Origin: Candidatus Tayloriibacteriota bacterium
Lineage (GTDB): Bacteria; Patescibacteriota; Minisyncoccia; Phycocordibacterales; PALSA-1337
Assembly (NCBI GenBank): GCA_028286665.1
Contig: JAQBRD010000026.1
Span: forward strand, 7,967 to 71,966
Direction of reading: 5' to 3'
Length of the DNA: 64,000 nucleotides
Part shown: piece after piece, positions 27,010 to 37,600 of the stretch
Layout of the letters: each line of letters opens with the position of its first letter
Numbering within the stretch: the stretch's first letter is position 1
Notes under the pieces: model-generated
Database searches by the model: none
Seen by the model: the letters and a program-made list of their open reading frames with translations, nothing else
Told to the model about the DNA's origin: nothing
Made by a program: the position numbers and the translations under genes

Positions 27010-28266
27010 GTGAAGATTCCGATCGCCATAACTTCCTGCATCATTGCCGCTGCGCTCGGTGCAGCCTTTTTCGTGATCCGCACGCCATTTTCCTACAATG
27101 TCTTCGATGATCCGCACAAGGACACCGCTGCTACCTCGACCAGCGGCTTCGTCGTGACTCATATCAAGACTCCTCAGCAGGTGAAGGGCATATATATGTC
27201 AGGCTGGGCAGCGGGAAGCCCGAAGCTTTTTCCGAAAGTCCTCGATGTCATCGAAACAACCGAGGTCAACTCGGTCGTGCTCGACATCAAGGATTACAGC
27301 GGCCGCATCAGCTTCCTCGTCGGCGATGATTCGCCCCTCAAGGCCATCGGCTCTCCTGAAAATCGCATTCCCGATATCAAGCAATTCCTCGCGCGCCTTC
27401 ACGACAAGGGCATCTATGTCATCGGCCGCGTCTCGACATTCCAAGATCCGTATTTCGTGAAGCTGCATCCCGAGTACGCCGTGAAGACGAAGGCCGGCGC
27501 AGTCTGGCAGGATCGCCATGGCATCAAATGGCTCGATGCAGGAGCTGAACCGGTGTGGAATTATTTCGTGACCATCGCGAAGGAGTCATATGCGGTCGGT
27601 TTCGATGAGATCCAATTCGACTATATCCGCTTTCCGACGGACGGAAACATGCGGGATATTTCTTTCACGTATGGCGGAAATCGCAAGAAAGCCGATGTGC
27701 TCAATGATTTTTTCGCATACGTCGATCAGCATCTCAGGAAGGAAGAGCATATTCCGATCTCTGCGGATTTCTTCGGACTCGTGACGACGAGCAATGACGA
27801 TCTCGGCATCGGCCAGGTGCTCGAGAACGGCCTCGCGCATTTCGATTATGTCTCGCCGATGGTCTATCCGTCGCATTATCCGCTCAACTACAACGGCTGG
27901 CCGGATCCGAACAGGAAGCCGTATGACCTCATCCATTATGTTCTCTCGAAGGGCATGGCTCGCGCTGTCGCCATGAATGCTCCTGCGATAGTCGCCACCT
28001 CGACCGCCACGACAACTTCAGCGCGCAAAGTTCCTTCCATAGCGTTTGCTAACGCTTCAGCGATTCTCGCGGCTGCGTCTTCGACGATGAAGATAAGTCC
28101 GCTCCAGATTCGCCCATGGCTCCAGGATTTCAGCATACGCGGCGTCACGTATACTCCGGACATGGTCCGTGCGCAGATCCAGGCGACGTACGACGTCGGC
28201 CTCGACAGCTGGCTCATCTGGAATGCCTCGAATATCTATACGAAAGAAGCATTTTTGAAAGAATAG
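27010..28266 (+). CDS. Membrane-anchored TIM-barrel glycoside-hydrolase-like protein (DUF4015-like). GTG start.
   Basis: N-terminal TM, then VKGIYMSGWAAGS...VVLDIKDYSGRISF...GIYVIGRVSTFQDPYF...GFDEIQFDYIRFP, which resembles the putative glycosyl-hydrolase DUF4015 family. Confidence 0.5.
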   Translation: MKIPIAITSCIIAAALGAAFFVIRTPFSYNVFDDPHKDTAATSTSGFVVTHIKTPQQVKGIYMSGWAAGSPKLFPKVLDVIETTEVNSVVLDIKDYSGRISFLVGDDSPLKAIGSPENRIPDIKQFLARLHDKGIYVIGRVSTFQDPYFVKLHPEYAVKTKAGAVWQDRHGIKWLDAGAEPVWNYFVTIAKESYAVGFDEIQFDYIRFPTDGNMRDISFTYGGNRKKADVLNDFFAYVDQHLRKEEHIPISADFFGLVTTSNDDLGIGQVLENGLAHFDYVSPMVYPSHYPLNYNGWPDPNRKPYDLIHYVLSKGMARAVAMNAPAIVATSTATTTSARKVPSIAFANASAILAAASSTMKISPLQIRPWLQDFSIRGVTYTPDMVRAQIQATYDVGLDSWLIWNASNIYTKEAFLKE

Positions 28267-28275
28267 TAGTATCCT

Positions 28276-29700
28276 ATGCATATGAATCCGACACTCCCGC
28301 AGAACCCGGCAGATGCTCCAGTCCCGAATGTTCCGACTATCTTCATCATCTTCGGCGTGACCGGAGATCTCGCCGGACGCAAGCTCCTTCCGTCGCTCCT
28401 CAGCCTCTATGTGAAGAAGCAGCTTCCGAGCAAATTCGCCATCGTCGGCTTCTCGCGCAGGCCTTTCACCCGCGAGGAATTCCGCCAGCTCATGCGCGAC
28501 AACATGAAGATCAAGCATGGCCAATTCCGCGAAGAAGACGTGAAGCACTTCCTCGATCACATGTCATATGAGCAGGGCAATTTCGATATTCCTGAAGCAT
28601 ATGATCGCCTCGCAGAAAAGCTCGATCTGATCGATAAAGGCTGGAAGCAGTGCTCGAACAAGCTCTTCCATCTCGCGACGCCGCCGTCTTTCTACGAAGT
28701 CATCCTCGACCGACTCGCAGAATCCGGCCTCACCATCCCATGCGGCGGAGACCTCGGCTGGACGCGCATCCTCATCGAGAAGCCATTCGGCAACGATACC
28801 GATACCGCCAAGCTCCTCGACAAGAAGCTTGCGAAGCTCTTCAAGGAAGAGCAGATCTTCCGCATCGACCACTATCTTGCGAAGGAGGCTCTGCAGAACA
28901 TCCTCACGTTCCGCTTTGCCAATTCGCTCTTCGAGCCGCTCTGGAATCGCGACTTCGTCGACAAGGTCCACATCAAGCTCTTCGAGAAGATCGACATCGA
29001 AGACCGCGGTCCGCTCTACGACAATGTCGGCGCATTGAAAGACGTCGGACAGAACCACATGCTGCAGATGCTCGCGCTCATCGCCATGGAGAAGCCGGCC
29101 TCATTCGAAGCCGGCCCCATCCGCAAGGAACGCGTGAAGGCGCTCTCGAAGCTCCGCCAGATCACTGCGCGCACCGTTTCAGCTACCTGCGTCCGAGGAC
29201 AATATGAAGGCTATATGAAGGAACGCGGCGTTCGGCCGGATTCTCAGACCGAGACGTTCTTCCGCATCGAAGCCCACGTCGACAATGCCCGCTGGAAGGG
29301 CGTGCCATTCTTCCTCGAGTCAGGCAAGGCGATGTTCGAATCCCGCGTCGAGATCGACATGTATTTCAGCGCAGAGGACAGCGACATCGAGCGCCAGAAT
29401 GTCCTCACATTCCGCATCCAGCCGGACGAAGGCATCAAGATCCGCTTCTGGGTGAAGACTCCTGGCTATTCGAATGAAGTCGAGCCGAAGACCATGAAAT
29501 TCCGCTACAGCGAGATGACTGATACCGCGGCCCTGCCCGACGCATACGAGCGAGTTCTTCATGACGCCGTCGTCGGAGACCAGACGCTCTTCGCCGATAC
29601 CGACGAGGTGCTCGCCGCATGGAAATTCATCACGCCGATCATGAACGTCTGGCGCTCCATTCCGCTCACGTTCTACAAGAAGGGGGCGAAGGAGGTCTAA
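28276..29700 (+). CDS. zwf: Glucose-6-phosphate 1-dehydrogenase.
   Basis: NADP-binding IFGVTGDLAGRKLLPSL, active-site RIDHYLAKE, and EKPFGND. Confidence 0.9.
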   Translation: MHMNPTLPQNPADAPVPNVPTIFIIFGVTGDLAGRKLLPSLLSLYVKKQLPSKFAIVGFSRRPFTREEFRQLMRDNMKIKHGQFREEDVKHFLDHMSYEQGNFDIPEAYDRLAEKLDLIDKGWKQCSNKLFHLATPPSFYEVILDRLAESGLTIPCGGDLGWTRILIEKPFGNDTDTAKLLDKKLAKLFKEEQIFRIDHYLAKEALQNILTFRFANSLFEPLWNRDFVDKVHIKLFEKIDIEDRGPLYDNVGALKDVGQNHMLQMLALIAMEKPASFEAGPIRKERVKALSKLRQITARTVSATCVRGQYEGYMKERGVRPDSQTETFFRIEAHVDNARWKGVPFFLESGKAMFESRVEIDMYFSAEDSDIERQNVLTFRIQPDEGIKIRFWVKTPGYSNEVEPKTMKFRYSEMTDTAALPDAYERVLHDAVVGDQTLFADTDEVLAAWKFITPIMNVWRSIPLTFYKKGAKEV

Positions 29701-29769
29701 TTCACGTGTTATAATCCGTGCATTGACGACAAAAGTTTACTAAAAGCTTGTCAGTCATTAAAATAAACT

Positions 29770-30129
29770 ATGATAGCAGTATTTTTACTAATTCCGATTT
29801 TTATTGTTTTTTCTATATTGCGATACAGGAGGATTTCCATCGGTACAAATCTCGCTTCCAAAATTGCCGATCAAAATTCAGAGCAATTCAAAGCAGTTAA
29901 GAATGCCGTTTCAAGTACGGGATTCAGGCAAGGGATCAATTTAAGGACAGCTTTTCTTTCAGAGGATGATATCCTTAAATTCCCTCCAGAAATCCGGGCT
30001 AATGTCAGAAAGGCGAGGGTTTTTGACAGAGCGACGGTCGGCATGATGCTAATTTTTCTTATCCCAATCTTCCTGATCGCTTTTTCAATATTAAGCAAGT
30101 TTATTTACTTTAGTCAGAATTTGCGATAA
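29770..30129 (+). CDS. Small membrane protein in an AT-rich islet.
   Basis: 119 aa with two TM segments. Local AT content is clearly higher than in flanking genes. Confidence 0.3.
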   Translation: MIAVFLLIPIFIVFSILRYRRISIGTNLASKIADQNSEQFKAVKNAVSSTGFRQGINLRTAFLSEDDILKFPPEIRANVRKARVFDRATVGMMLIFLIPIFLIAFSILSKFIYFSQNLR

Positions 30130-30141
30130 CCTACATGAACT

Positions 30142-30369
30142 ATGATAAAGAACTTTTTGATGAAGCAGATGGTGAAGAAGCAGCTCGCGGGACTTCCGCA
30201 GGATCAGCAGGACATGATCATCACCATGATCGAGAAGAACCCTGATTTCTTCATGAAGATCGCGCACGACGTCCAGGAGAAGGTGAAGGGCGGCATGGGC
30301 CAGCAGCAGGCGATGATGCTCGTCATGAAGCAGAACGAAGCTGAGCTCAAGGGGATGATGGGGAAGTAA
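30142..30369 (+). CDS. Small Met/Gln-rich protein, hypothetical.
   Basis: 75 aa, MIKNFLMKQMVKKQLAGLPQDQQDMIITMIEKNPDFFMKIAHDVQEKVKGGMGQQQAMMLVMKQNEAELKGMMGK. Loosely reminiscent of the Met-rich M-domain tail of SRP54. Confidence 0.3.
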   Translation: MIKNFLMKQMVKKQLAGLPQDQQDMIITMIEKNPDFFMKIAHDVQEKVKGGMGQQQAMMLVMKQNEAELKGMMGK

Positions 30370-30410
30370 TTTTTGGGGAGAATAAGACTTATATAATAAA
30401 TCTTTCTGAT

Positions 30411-30815
30411 ATGGATAATACGAAATCTAGGTTTTGGAAGGTTGGAATGATAATCCTTTTCTATGCAGTCTTTGCTTTTGTGGGAAGCTTCGCAATAGGC
30501 TTTATAGAAGGAAGCCTAAGATCTGCAGGTGTTGCGAATGTGAATGGTCCCGTGTTGCTTTTTGCGTATGTGATCGTTAGTCTGCTTGCGGGTATATACG
30601 GCATATATAGGGGAATAAAATTCGTTTCAAAAAAATCAACGATCGACAGTAAGGATAGGAATCTGACGATAATATGGTTCGCAGTGCTGGAAGTCGCCCT
30701 CATCATCTTGAGCTTGAAATCCATCACTATTTTCCCGGCAAACCTCTCGATACTAATAGTTACTGGCGCAGCAACTTTTTTCCTTTTTCAAAAAGCTCTT
30801 GCAAAAAAGGCATAA
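30411..30815 (+). CDS. Four-TM small membrane protein.
   Basis: 134 aa with hydrophobic helices throughout. Confidence 0.35.
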   Translation: MDNTKSRFWKVGMIILFYAVFAFVGSFAIGFIEGSLRSAGVANVNGPVLLFAYVIVSLLAGIYGIYRGIKFVSKKSTIDSKDRNLTIIWFAVLEVALIILSLKSITIFPANLSILIVTGAATFFLFQKALAKKA

Positions 30816-30869
30816 ACTTCCTTTTTGCCCTGCACATGCTACACCTTTTGGATATCAGGAATATAGTGT

Positions 30870-31625
30870 ATGAAAAATAAAATCATCCTTCGTCGCTTCG
30901 CATACGCATGCATTGTCATTGTCGCCGTAGCGGCAATCATCAGCACTGTGCATCGCATCGGGACAAGAGAGCCTAAGCCGCGCACGATCATCGTCACGGT
31001 CATTCCGGGTTCGACGATCAACAGCATAGCGAAGCTCCTCAGCGGCTCCGGCCTTCCTTCGCGGGATTTTCTGAAGCTCTCGCTGCCGACATTCGATGCT
31101 TCGACGTCGAAATCTGCCGCTGGCTTCGGGCTTGAAGGATATCTGTATCCGGACACCTACAATTTCACATCAGGCGAAAGCGCGGAACAGATCATCCGGA
31201 CGATGACCGAGAATTTCGATGCGCACTTCCCGCAAGATTTGTTTGATCATCAGAAAGGGACCGTGCGCAGCAAGCGCGACATCGTGATCATGGCTTCGAT
31301 CCTTGAAAAGGAAGTTGCCACAGCAGAAGACAAGAGGATAGTTGCGGGAATCCTCTGGAAAAGGCTGGAGCATCGCTTGCCGCTGCAGGTGGACAGCACT
31401 ACGCATTATTTTTTAGCGCCGTCTGCGGGATTGGTATATAATACGTACCAAAGTGCAGGATTGCCTTTCGGACCGATAAGCGAACCGTCGTCCGAAAGCA
31501 TCAGGGCGGCCCTTGAGCCGACAGTAACGGATTATTGGTACTTTCTCAGTGATCGAAAAGGGAAAATATTCTATAGCCGGACTCTGAGCGAACACCTTAT
31601 CAACAAAGCTAAATATGTCGAATGA
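30870..31625 (+). CDS. Short MltG/YceG-like endolytic transglycosylase paralogue.
   Basis: N-terminal TM. YceG motifs EGYLYPDTYNF, RDIVIMASILEKEVATAEDKRIVAGILWKRL...LQVDSTTHY and GLPFGPISEPSSESIRAAL. Stop TGA (31623..31625) overlaps the A2M ATG (31622..31624) as ATGA. Confidence 0.6.
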   Translation: MKNKIILRRFAYACIVIVAVAAIISTVHRIGTREPKPRTIIVTVIPGSTINSIAKLLSGSGLPSRDFLKLSLPTFDASTSKSAAGFGLEGYLYPDTYNFTSGESAEQIIRTMTENFDAHFPQDLFDHQKGTVRSKRDIVIMASILEKEVATAEDKRIVAGILWKRLEHRLPLQVDSTTHYFLAPSAGLVYNTYQSAGLPFGPISEPSSESIRAALEPTVTDYWYFLSDRKGKIFYSRTLSEHLINKAKYVE

Positions 31626-34600
31626 CACTCAATAACAAAAGCATTTCCGTCATCGTAGCGTCGGTGCTGGTCATAGGAGCCGCTGTATTTTTCGGTCTCA
31701 TGCGTCCTTCAGGACATATTCCAGCTTTTGAATATCAGGCAGTGTATCGATTGGTTCCGGAGAATGTGTCGAAATCGGCAGCGATCAGGATCGAGCTGCC
31801 GGCCGGAGTGACAGGTCAGCCGATAGACGTCGCAAAGCAAGTGAGCTTCGAGCCGTCCATAAGCGGCCGCTGGCTGGAGGAAACAGAAGTCTCGGGAGCG
31901 GCAGCGACGTACGATGCTTCTCAGAAGAAGGCTGTCTTTTATTACAAGCCGAATAGTTCTCTCGATGTCGGAGTGCATCATGATGTCATTCTGGCAATGG
32001 CAGGCGATCAGTCGATCCGTTCCGATTTCATGACCGTCGCTGATCCTGAGGTGCGATCGATTCTTCCGCACGGAGATGATGAAGTCATGACGAATACGAA
32101 GATAAGCATCGTCTTCAATCGTCCGATGGTGCCGCTCAGCACGCTGGACCAGTTCGATTCTGGGAATCTGCCGGTGACTATCGCTCCGAAGACTCCCGGC
32201 CGATACAAATGGATAAGCACCAACACGCTCCAGTTCATACCGGAGGGCGGCCTCATCTCGTCTGCGCACTATACGGTGAAGGTCAATGCCGGCTTCCATT
32301 CTCTGGAAGGACTCGATGCGAAACCTGCCGAATCGTCTTTTACTACGATACATATGCGTTTCTGGTCGGACGGATCCGACAGCTTCGGCAACGATTCGAG
32401 GACGAATGCAGTCCGCGGATACAACCAGCCGCTGCTCGTCAGGTTCAATCAGGCGGTCGATCTGGACAAGACTAGGCCTTTCATCAAGGTGAGCGACAGC
32501 AACACTGGAGGAAGTTCCGTTCAATATACTCTGAAATATGCGTCCGCAACTGCTGACGGAAAGACGACCGAAGATCAGACGATGCTTGCGATATATCCTG
32601 CTGGCGGCGAACAGAGCAGCTGGGAGGCGGAACATCAGTACGTCGTGATTGTCGATCGCGCATTTCCGAAATCGGGAGGAGACATATCCGTGTCTGCGCC
32701 TGGCCGCTTCGCCTTCGTTATCGACAAGATATATTCAGGATTGGATGTCCTTTCGCCGAGAACCAATCAGGCAAGCCTTGATCGATTTGATCCGACAGGA
32801 CAGCTTGCGATCAATCTGTATGAGGCTATCGATCTTTCGAAAAGCAAAATCCGCGGGCCAGCGGTCGCTAAGGTCGAGTACGGCGAGAAGTGCCAGGAGA
32901 ATGTGACTCCTTGCGCCAAGGTTCCGGACAGGAAGCGGATACTCGTCTCATTTAATGCCGGTATTCTGCGTACTGGAGCTACGACCGAGGTGGTCTTGGA
33001 TAGCGTCATTTCTGATCTCGGCGCACAGCTTGCCTCGAAACCGCTGTCTATCAATCTCACGGTATATCAGCCGCTCTCGATCTACGGCATCACAGCCGAT
33101 GCGTATCTTGATAGGCTCGTGATCTGCTCCAATAACCCGATCGATACCGAAGGCAAGAGCAATACCATCTCCGCAGATCCTGGTTTCGTCGCGACTTCAT
33201 GGCAGAGGTCGTATCTCCATAGCGATTACGCGAGCAGCGCGGGCTGCGGAATCGGCAGGTTCGAAACGGCAGTATACGGATATTTGAACGGGCAGACGAA
33301 ATATCGCGCATCATTGAACGTGAAGGACATATTCGGCCAATCTGCCCAGGGCGCTTTTGACTTCGTCACGCGCCAGGTAACCAGTCGGGACTATCTGCTC
33401 CGCTCATATCAGGACGGAGAAGTGGTCACCGTTCCAGCCAAGACGAAGCTCACTTTCGCTGTCTCATATCTGCCTGAAGTCACTGCAACTGTCTGCAAGC
33501 TTTCGCCGTACGACCTGTATCGTCTCCGCAACGGCGAAAATCGCAATCCGAAGGAGCTCTGCAGCCAGGCGGTGCAGAAGACGATAGCTCTGAAGAATGA
33601 CGAATCTGGCCTGAAGGAATTCAGCGTGGATATCAAGGATTATTTCCCGCAGGCTGTCGGCAACTACGCGGTGCTGCTCTCAAGCCCGCTTATCACGGAG
33701 AACTCGGACTATTCGTGGAAATATTTCGATACGACCTACGTTTCAGTCACGAATCTGATCGTGACCGAAAAGCGCATCGATCCTCTCGATAACAATAATT
33801 ACGATTCGATCCGATTGACCGGCGAGCAGATAGGCAAGCTGCAGAATCTGTACTGGGTCATCGATGCTGCGACGCAGAAGCCGGTTTCTGGCGCATCCGT
33901 GAGTCTTTTCAAGAACGGCGCTGCAGTCGAAACCGCCACAACCGACGACAAGGGTCTGGCATTCCTCACTCCGGTAGCCGGAACCGAGATGGCCGTAGCG
34001 AGCTATGGAGCTGACGCTGCTGTCATCTCCGGATATTCGACAAAACTCAACTATGCCGATAATGCAGTGAATATCAAGAAGATGTATATCTACAGCGATA
34101 AGCCGATCTATCGTCCAGGACAGGAGGTCGATTTGAAGGGGCTGTATCGACTGGGGTATGACGGATATTACGAGCTGCCTCCGACGGAGCCGGTGACTTT
34201 GACCGTGATCGATTCCGGCGGCGATGTCGTGAAGACGGTGAATCTGACTCCGAATAATTTCGGCTCCATACATACGAGCTTCGTGCTGCCTGCGTCAGCC
34301 CGTCTCGGCAGTTATTCTGCGTGCGTGAAATACCAGTGCACGAACTTCAGCGTGCTTGATTATTCGCCGGCCGCTTTCAAGGTCACACTGCAGACGACCG
34401 ATAGCGAGTACTTCGTGGGGGACAAGCCCGAGGTAAATCTCGATGCTGCGTATTATTTCGGAGTTCCTGTTTCCAATGCGTCTGCCGAGTATCATGTGAG
34501 CACCCAGTATTATCATTTCGACAAGTACGCGAAGGAGTATTTCAATTTCAACAATCTATCCGACGATACGAGCAGCGAGGGATATTATTATGGCGATCGC

Positions 34601-37600
34601 TATGTCGGGGATGGGCATGCGGCTCTGGATGCAGGGGGTCACGGGATAATCAAGCCTGCGCTCGATGCGGCATCTCTCAAGGATCCGCAGGTAAGCAAGA
34701 TCGTCATCGTGGACGCTACGGTCAAGAATCAGCAAGGTCGGTCCGTCTCGTCTCAGAAGTCATTCGTGCTCAATGCTGCTCCGACCTATCTCGGCAGCAA
34801 GATCGAGGAGCCATTCGTAGCGTCAAGCGATGCGATCAAGCTCAAGCTCAAATCGGTGGATACGAGCGGCAACGGCAAATCTTCAGGCGCGAGCGCAGCG
34901 CTCTATCGGGTTTCGTGGGTGAACAACGGGGGCAATTCATCTGGAAGCGGTTCGGATTGGCAGCGGAAGCGCGAGCTCGTAAAGACCTTTTCCGTTACTA
35001 CGGACTCATCTGGCGACGGCGAGCTTTCATTGCCGCAGCAGACCGCAGGTCAGTACGAAGTGGACGTGACGTCACAGGGAACAGTCGGCAGCCGTTCGTG
35101 GTTCTATGTATACGGCGATCAGAATGTCTCGGTGCGCTCAAGCGATGACACCTCGCTCGAACTTGTGCCGAGCAGTGCGACCGTCAAGACGGGCGATACG
35201 GCCGAAATCCTGATCAAGGTTCCGGAAGGCGCTGGGAAGGCCTTGGTCACCATCGAGCGCGGCAAGGTCTTCAGCTATGAGGTGATGGATATCACCGGAA
35301 CGATGAATCATTTCAAATTCCCGGTGACGGACCAGTACTATCCGAATGTATATGTAAGCGTGACCGTCTATTCGCCGAACCGATCCGTGAGGTTCGGCAG
35401 CTATTCCTTCGCCGTCGACAGCGGTCAGAAGAAGCTCAATATCACCGTGCAATCAGATAAGAAGTTCTACAATCCCGGAGATCCAGTGACGCTCCAGCTC
35501 ACTGCAAAAGACGAGGCTGGTCAGCCTGTAGCGTCGGAAATATCGCTCGCAGTCGTCGATATGAGCGTCCTTGCGCTTCGAGGCAACCCGAAGAAGGATC
35601 CGCTCTCGTCATTCTACGGCCATGTCTACCTTACTGTCGCAACCTATTCGAATTTCAAGAATCTGCTGAAGCAGGTCGAAAGAAAATCAGAGGACGGCAA
35701 GGGCGGCAGCGGCGGCGATTCGAAGAATCAGAAGAGCAGAGGCATCTTCAAAGAAGTCGCTTTCTGGAAGCCTGACATCATCACTGATGCTGCTGGAAAT
35801 GCTACGGTTAAGTTCATGCTTCCTGACAATCTGACGACGTGGCAGGCGGAAGTCGTCGGCATCACCGCTGATACTCATGTAGGAGCAGCCTACAGCGAGT
35901 TCACGACGAACAAGACACTGATGGTCGTTCCGCTCAAGCCTCGTTTCGTCCTGCCAGGCGACCGGTTCTCACTCGGTGCGACCGTATTCAATAACAGCAA
36001 GGTTGATTTCAATGGCATAGTGAAGCTCAAGGCTGATTCGCTCGTTGTTTCGAAAGCATCTCTGGAGAAAAATGTCGGCATCAAAGCCGGAAGCTCTCAG
36101 ACAATATATTGGGACGCGGCAGTTCCATACTCCGTGCAGGCTGGAACGATGAGCTATTCGATTTCGGCTGGAGGTCAGGATCTGACTGACGCGGTCGACG
36201 ATGAGCTGATCGTGAATGAGAATACCGCATATGAAGTCACTGCGACAGCAGGACAGACAGATACGTCTGCTCGCGAAGCGCTGTACGTGCCTTCTACGGT
36301 CATTCCTGGACAAGGAGGCCTCACGCTCAAGAGTTCGGCGACATTGGCCGTATATCTGGGAGACGCTCTCAAATATATGCTGGATTATCCGTATGAGTGC
36401 ACGGAGCAGATATCAAGCCGCATCGAGACGTTGGCACTCATGAAGAATGCAGGAGCTCTTGTCGATGTTCAAAAGAAGAAAGACGCTGACAAGATGGTAT
36501 TGTCCGGCCTCCAGTCGATATATGATCGTCAGAATCCTGACGGAGGCTTCAAGCTCTGGCCAGAAAGCCGAACCTCGAGCTACTGGGGAACTTTGGAAGC
36601 CATCAAGGCCTTCGATGTGCTGCAGAGATCCGGCTACTCGATAGATGCATCAGTCTGGGATAAGAGCGCAGCGTACGTGCACGATCAGTACTTCGCGCAA
36701 AATATCAATCGCGTCTTTCTCGATCCTGTCGACATGGCCGCGGCTTTGTTTACGAGACCTCGATACGTCGGACAGGAGGATGTGCGCCAGGCATTCGAGC
36801 AGGCGGCGCAAAATGCGATGAAAGATCCGAAAATTCCTAACGGCAAGCTCATCACGCTGAGCCAGATCATGCATCGGTATCAGCTCATGCCGTCACTCCA
36901 GGGCAAGACAGACCTCATGCTCGAGAACCGCATCGTCGTGGATTCTCGCGGCAGCTTCCTCGATATCGGGACGTCCGATTCATATGCTGATACCGCTATC
37001 AGCAATACCGCGCGCTTCATAAGCCTCTTGTCGGAGAACAAGCAGTCGAATGTCGAGCTGCCGAATCTCCTGCGCTGGCTCACGAGATCGAGGTCCAAAG
37101 ACGGCGCTTGGGGGTCGACGGAGAATACCTTGGCTGTCGTACAGGCCTTCACCAGCTATCTGAAATGGCAGCCAGAGACATCCGCGACATTCACTCTGGA
37201 CACCAGCCTGAACGGGACTCAGATCGATCATTTCGATTTCAAACCCGACACTATCCTGACCCAGCTCTCAAAGATCATACCGATGGCCGCCCTGCATTCA
37301 GGAGCTTTGAACACGGTTTCATTCGCGAAATCATCAGTCAAAGGCACCGATGTCGGAAAGATCTATTACGATATGAGCTTCAAGTATTATCTGCCGGCAG
37401 GCACGCTCGGTCCTCGTGATGAAGGCTTCGCGATACAGAGGAATTTCTACGCCTTGTCGGACAAGGACGGAGTGAAGCCGATGCTGAAAGCGAAAGTGGG
37501 CGATGTCATGCGCGAGCACATCGAGATCACGGTGCCAGCGACTCGAAATCAGGTCGCTCTCGAGGACTTCATACCTGCGGGCATGGAAATCGTCGATACG

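Noticed and set aside
31709-32635. 308-aa minus-strand ORF, and several 60-180-aa ORFs on both strands, inside the A2M gene (31622..37864).
   Set aside because: All are embedded antisense or out of frame within a 2080-aa ORF that carries the diagnostic MG-domain and CTEQ thioester motifs. Their products are Arg/Ser-rich with no recognisable domains.
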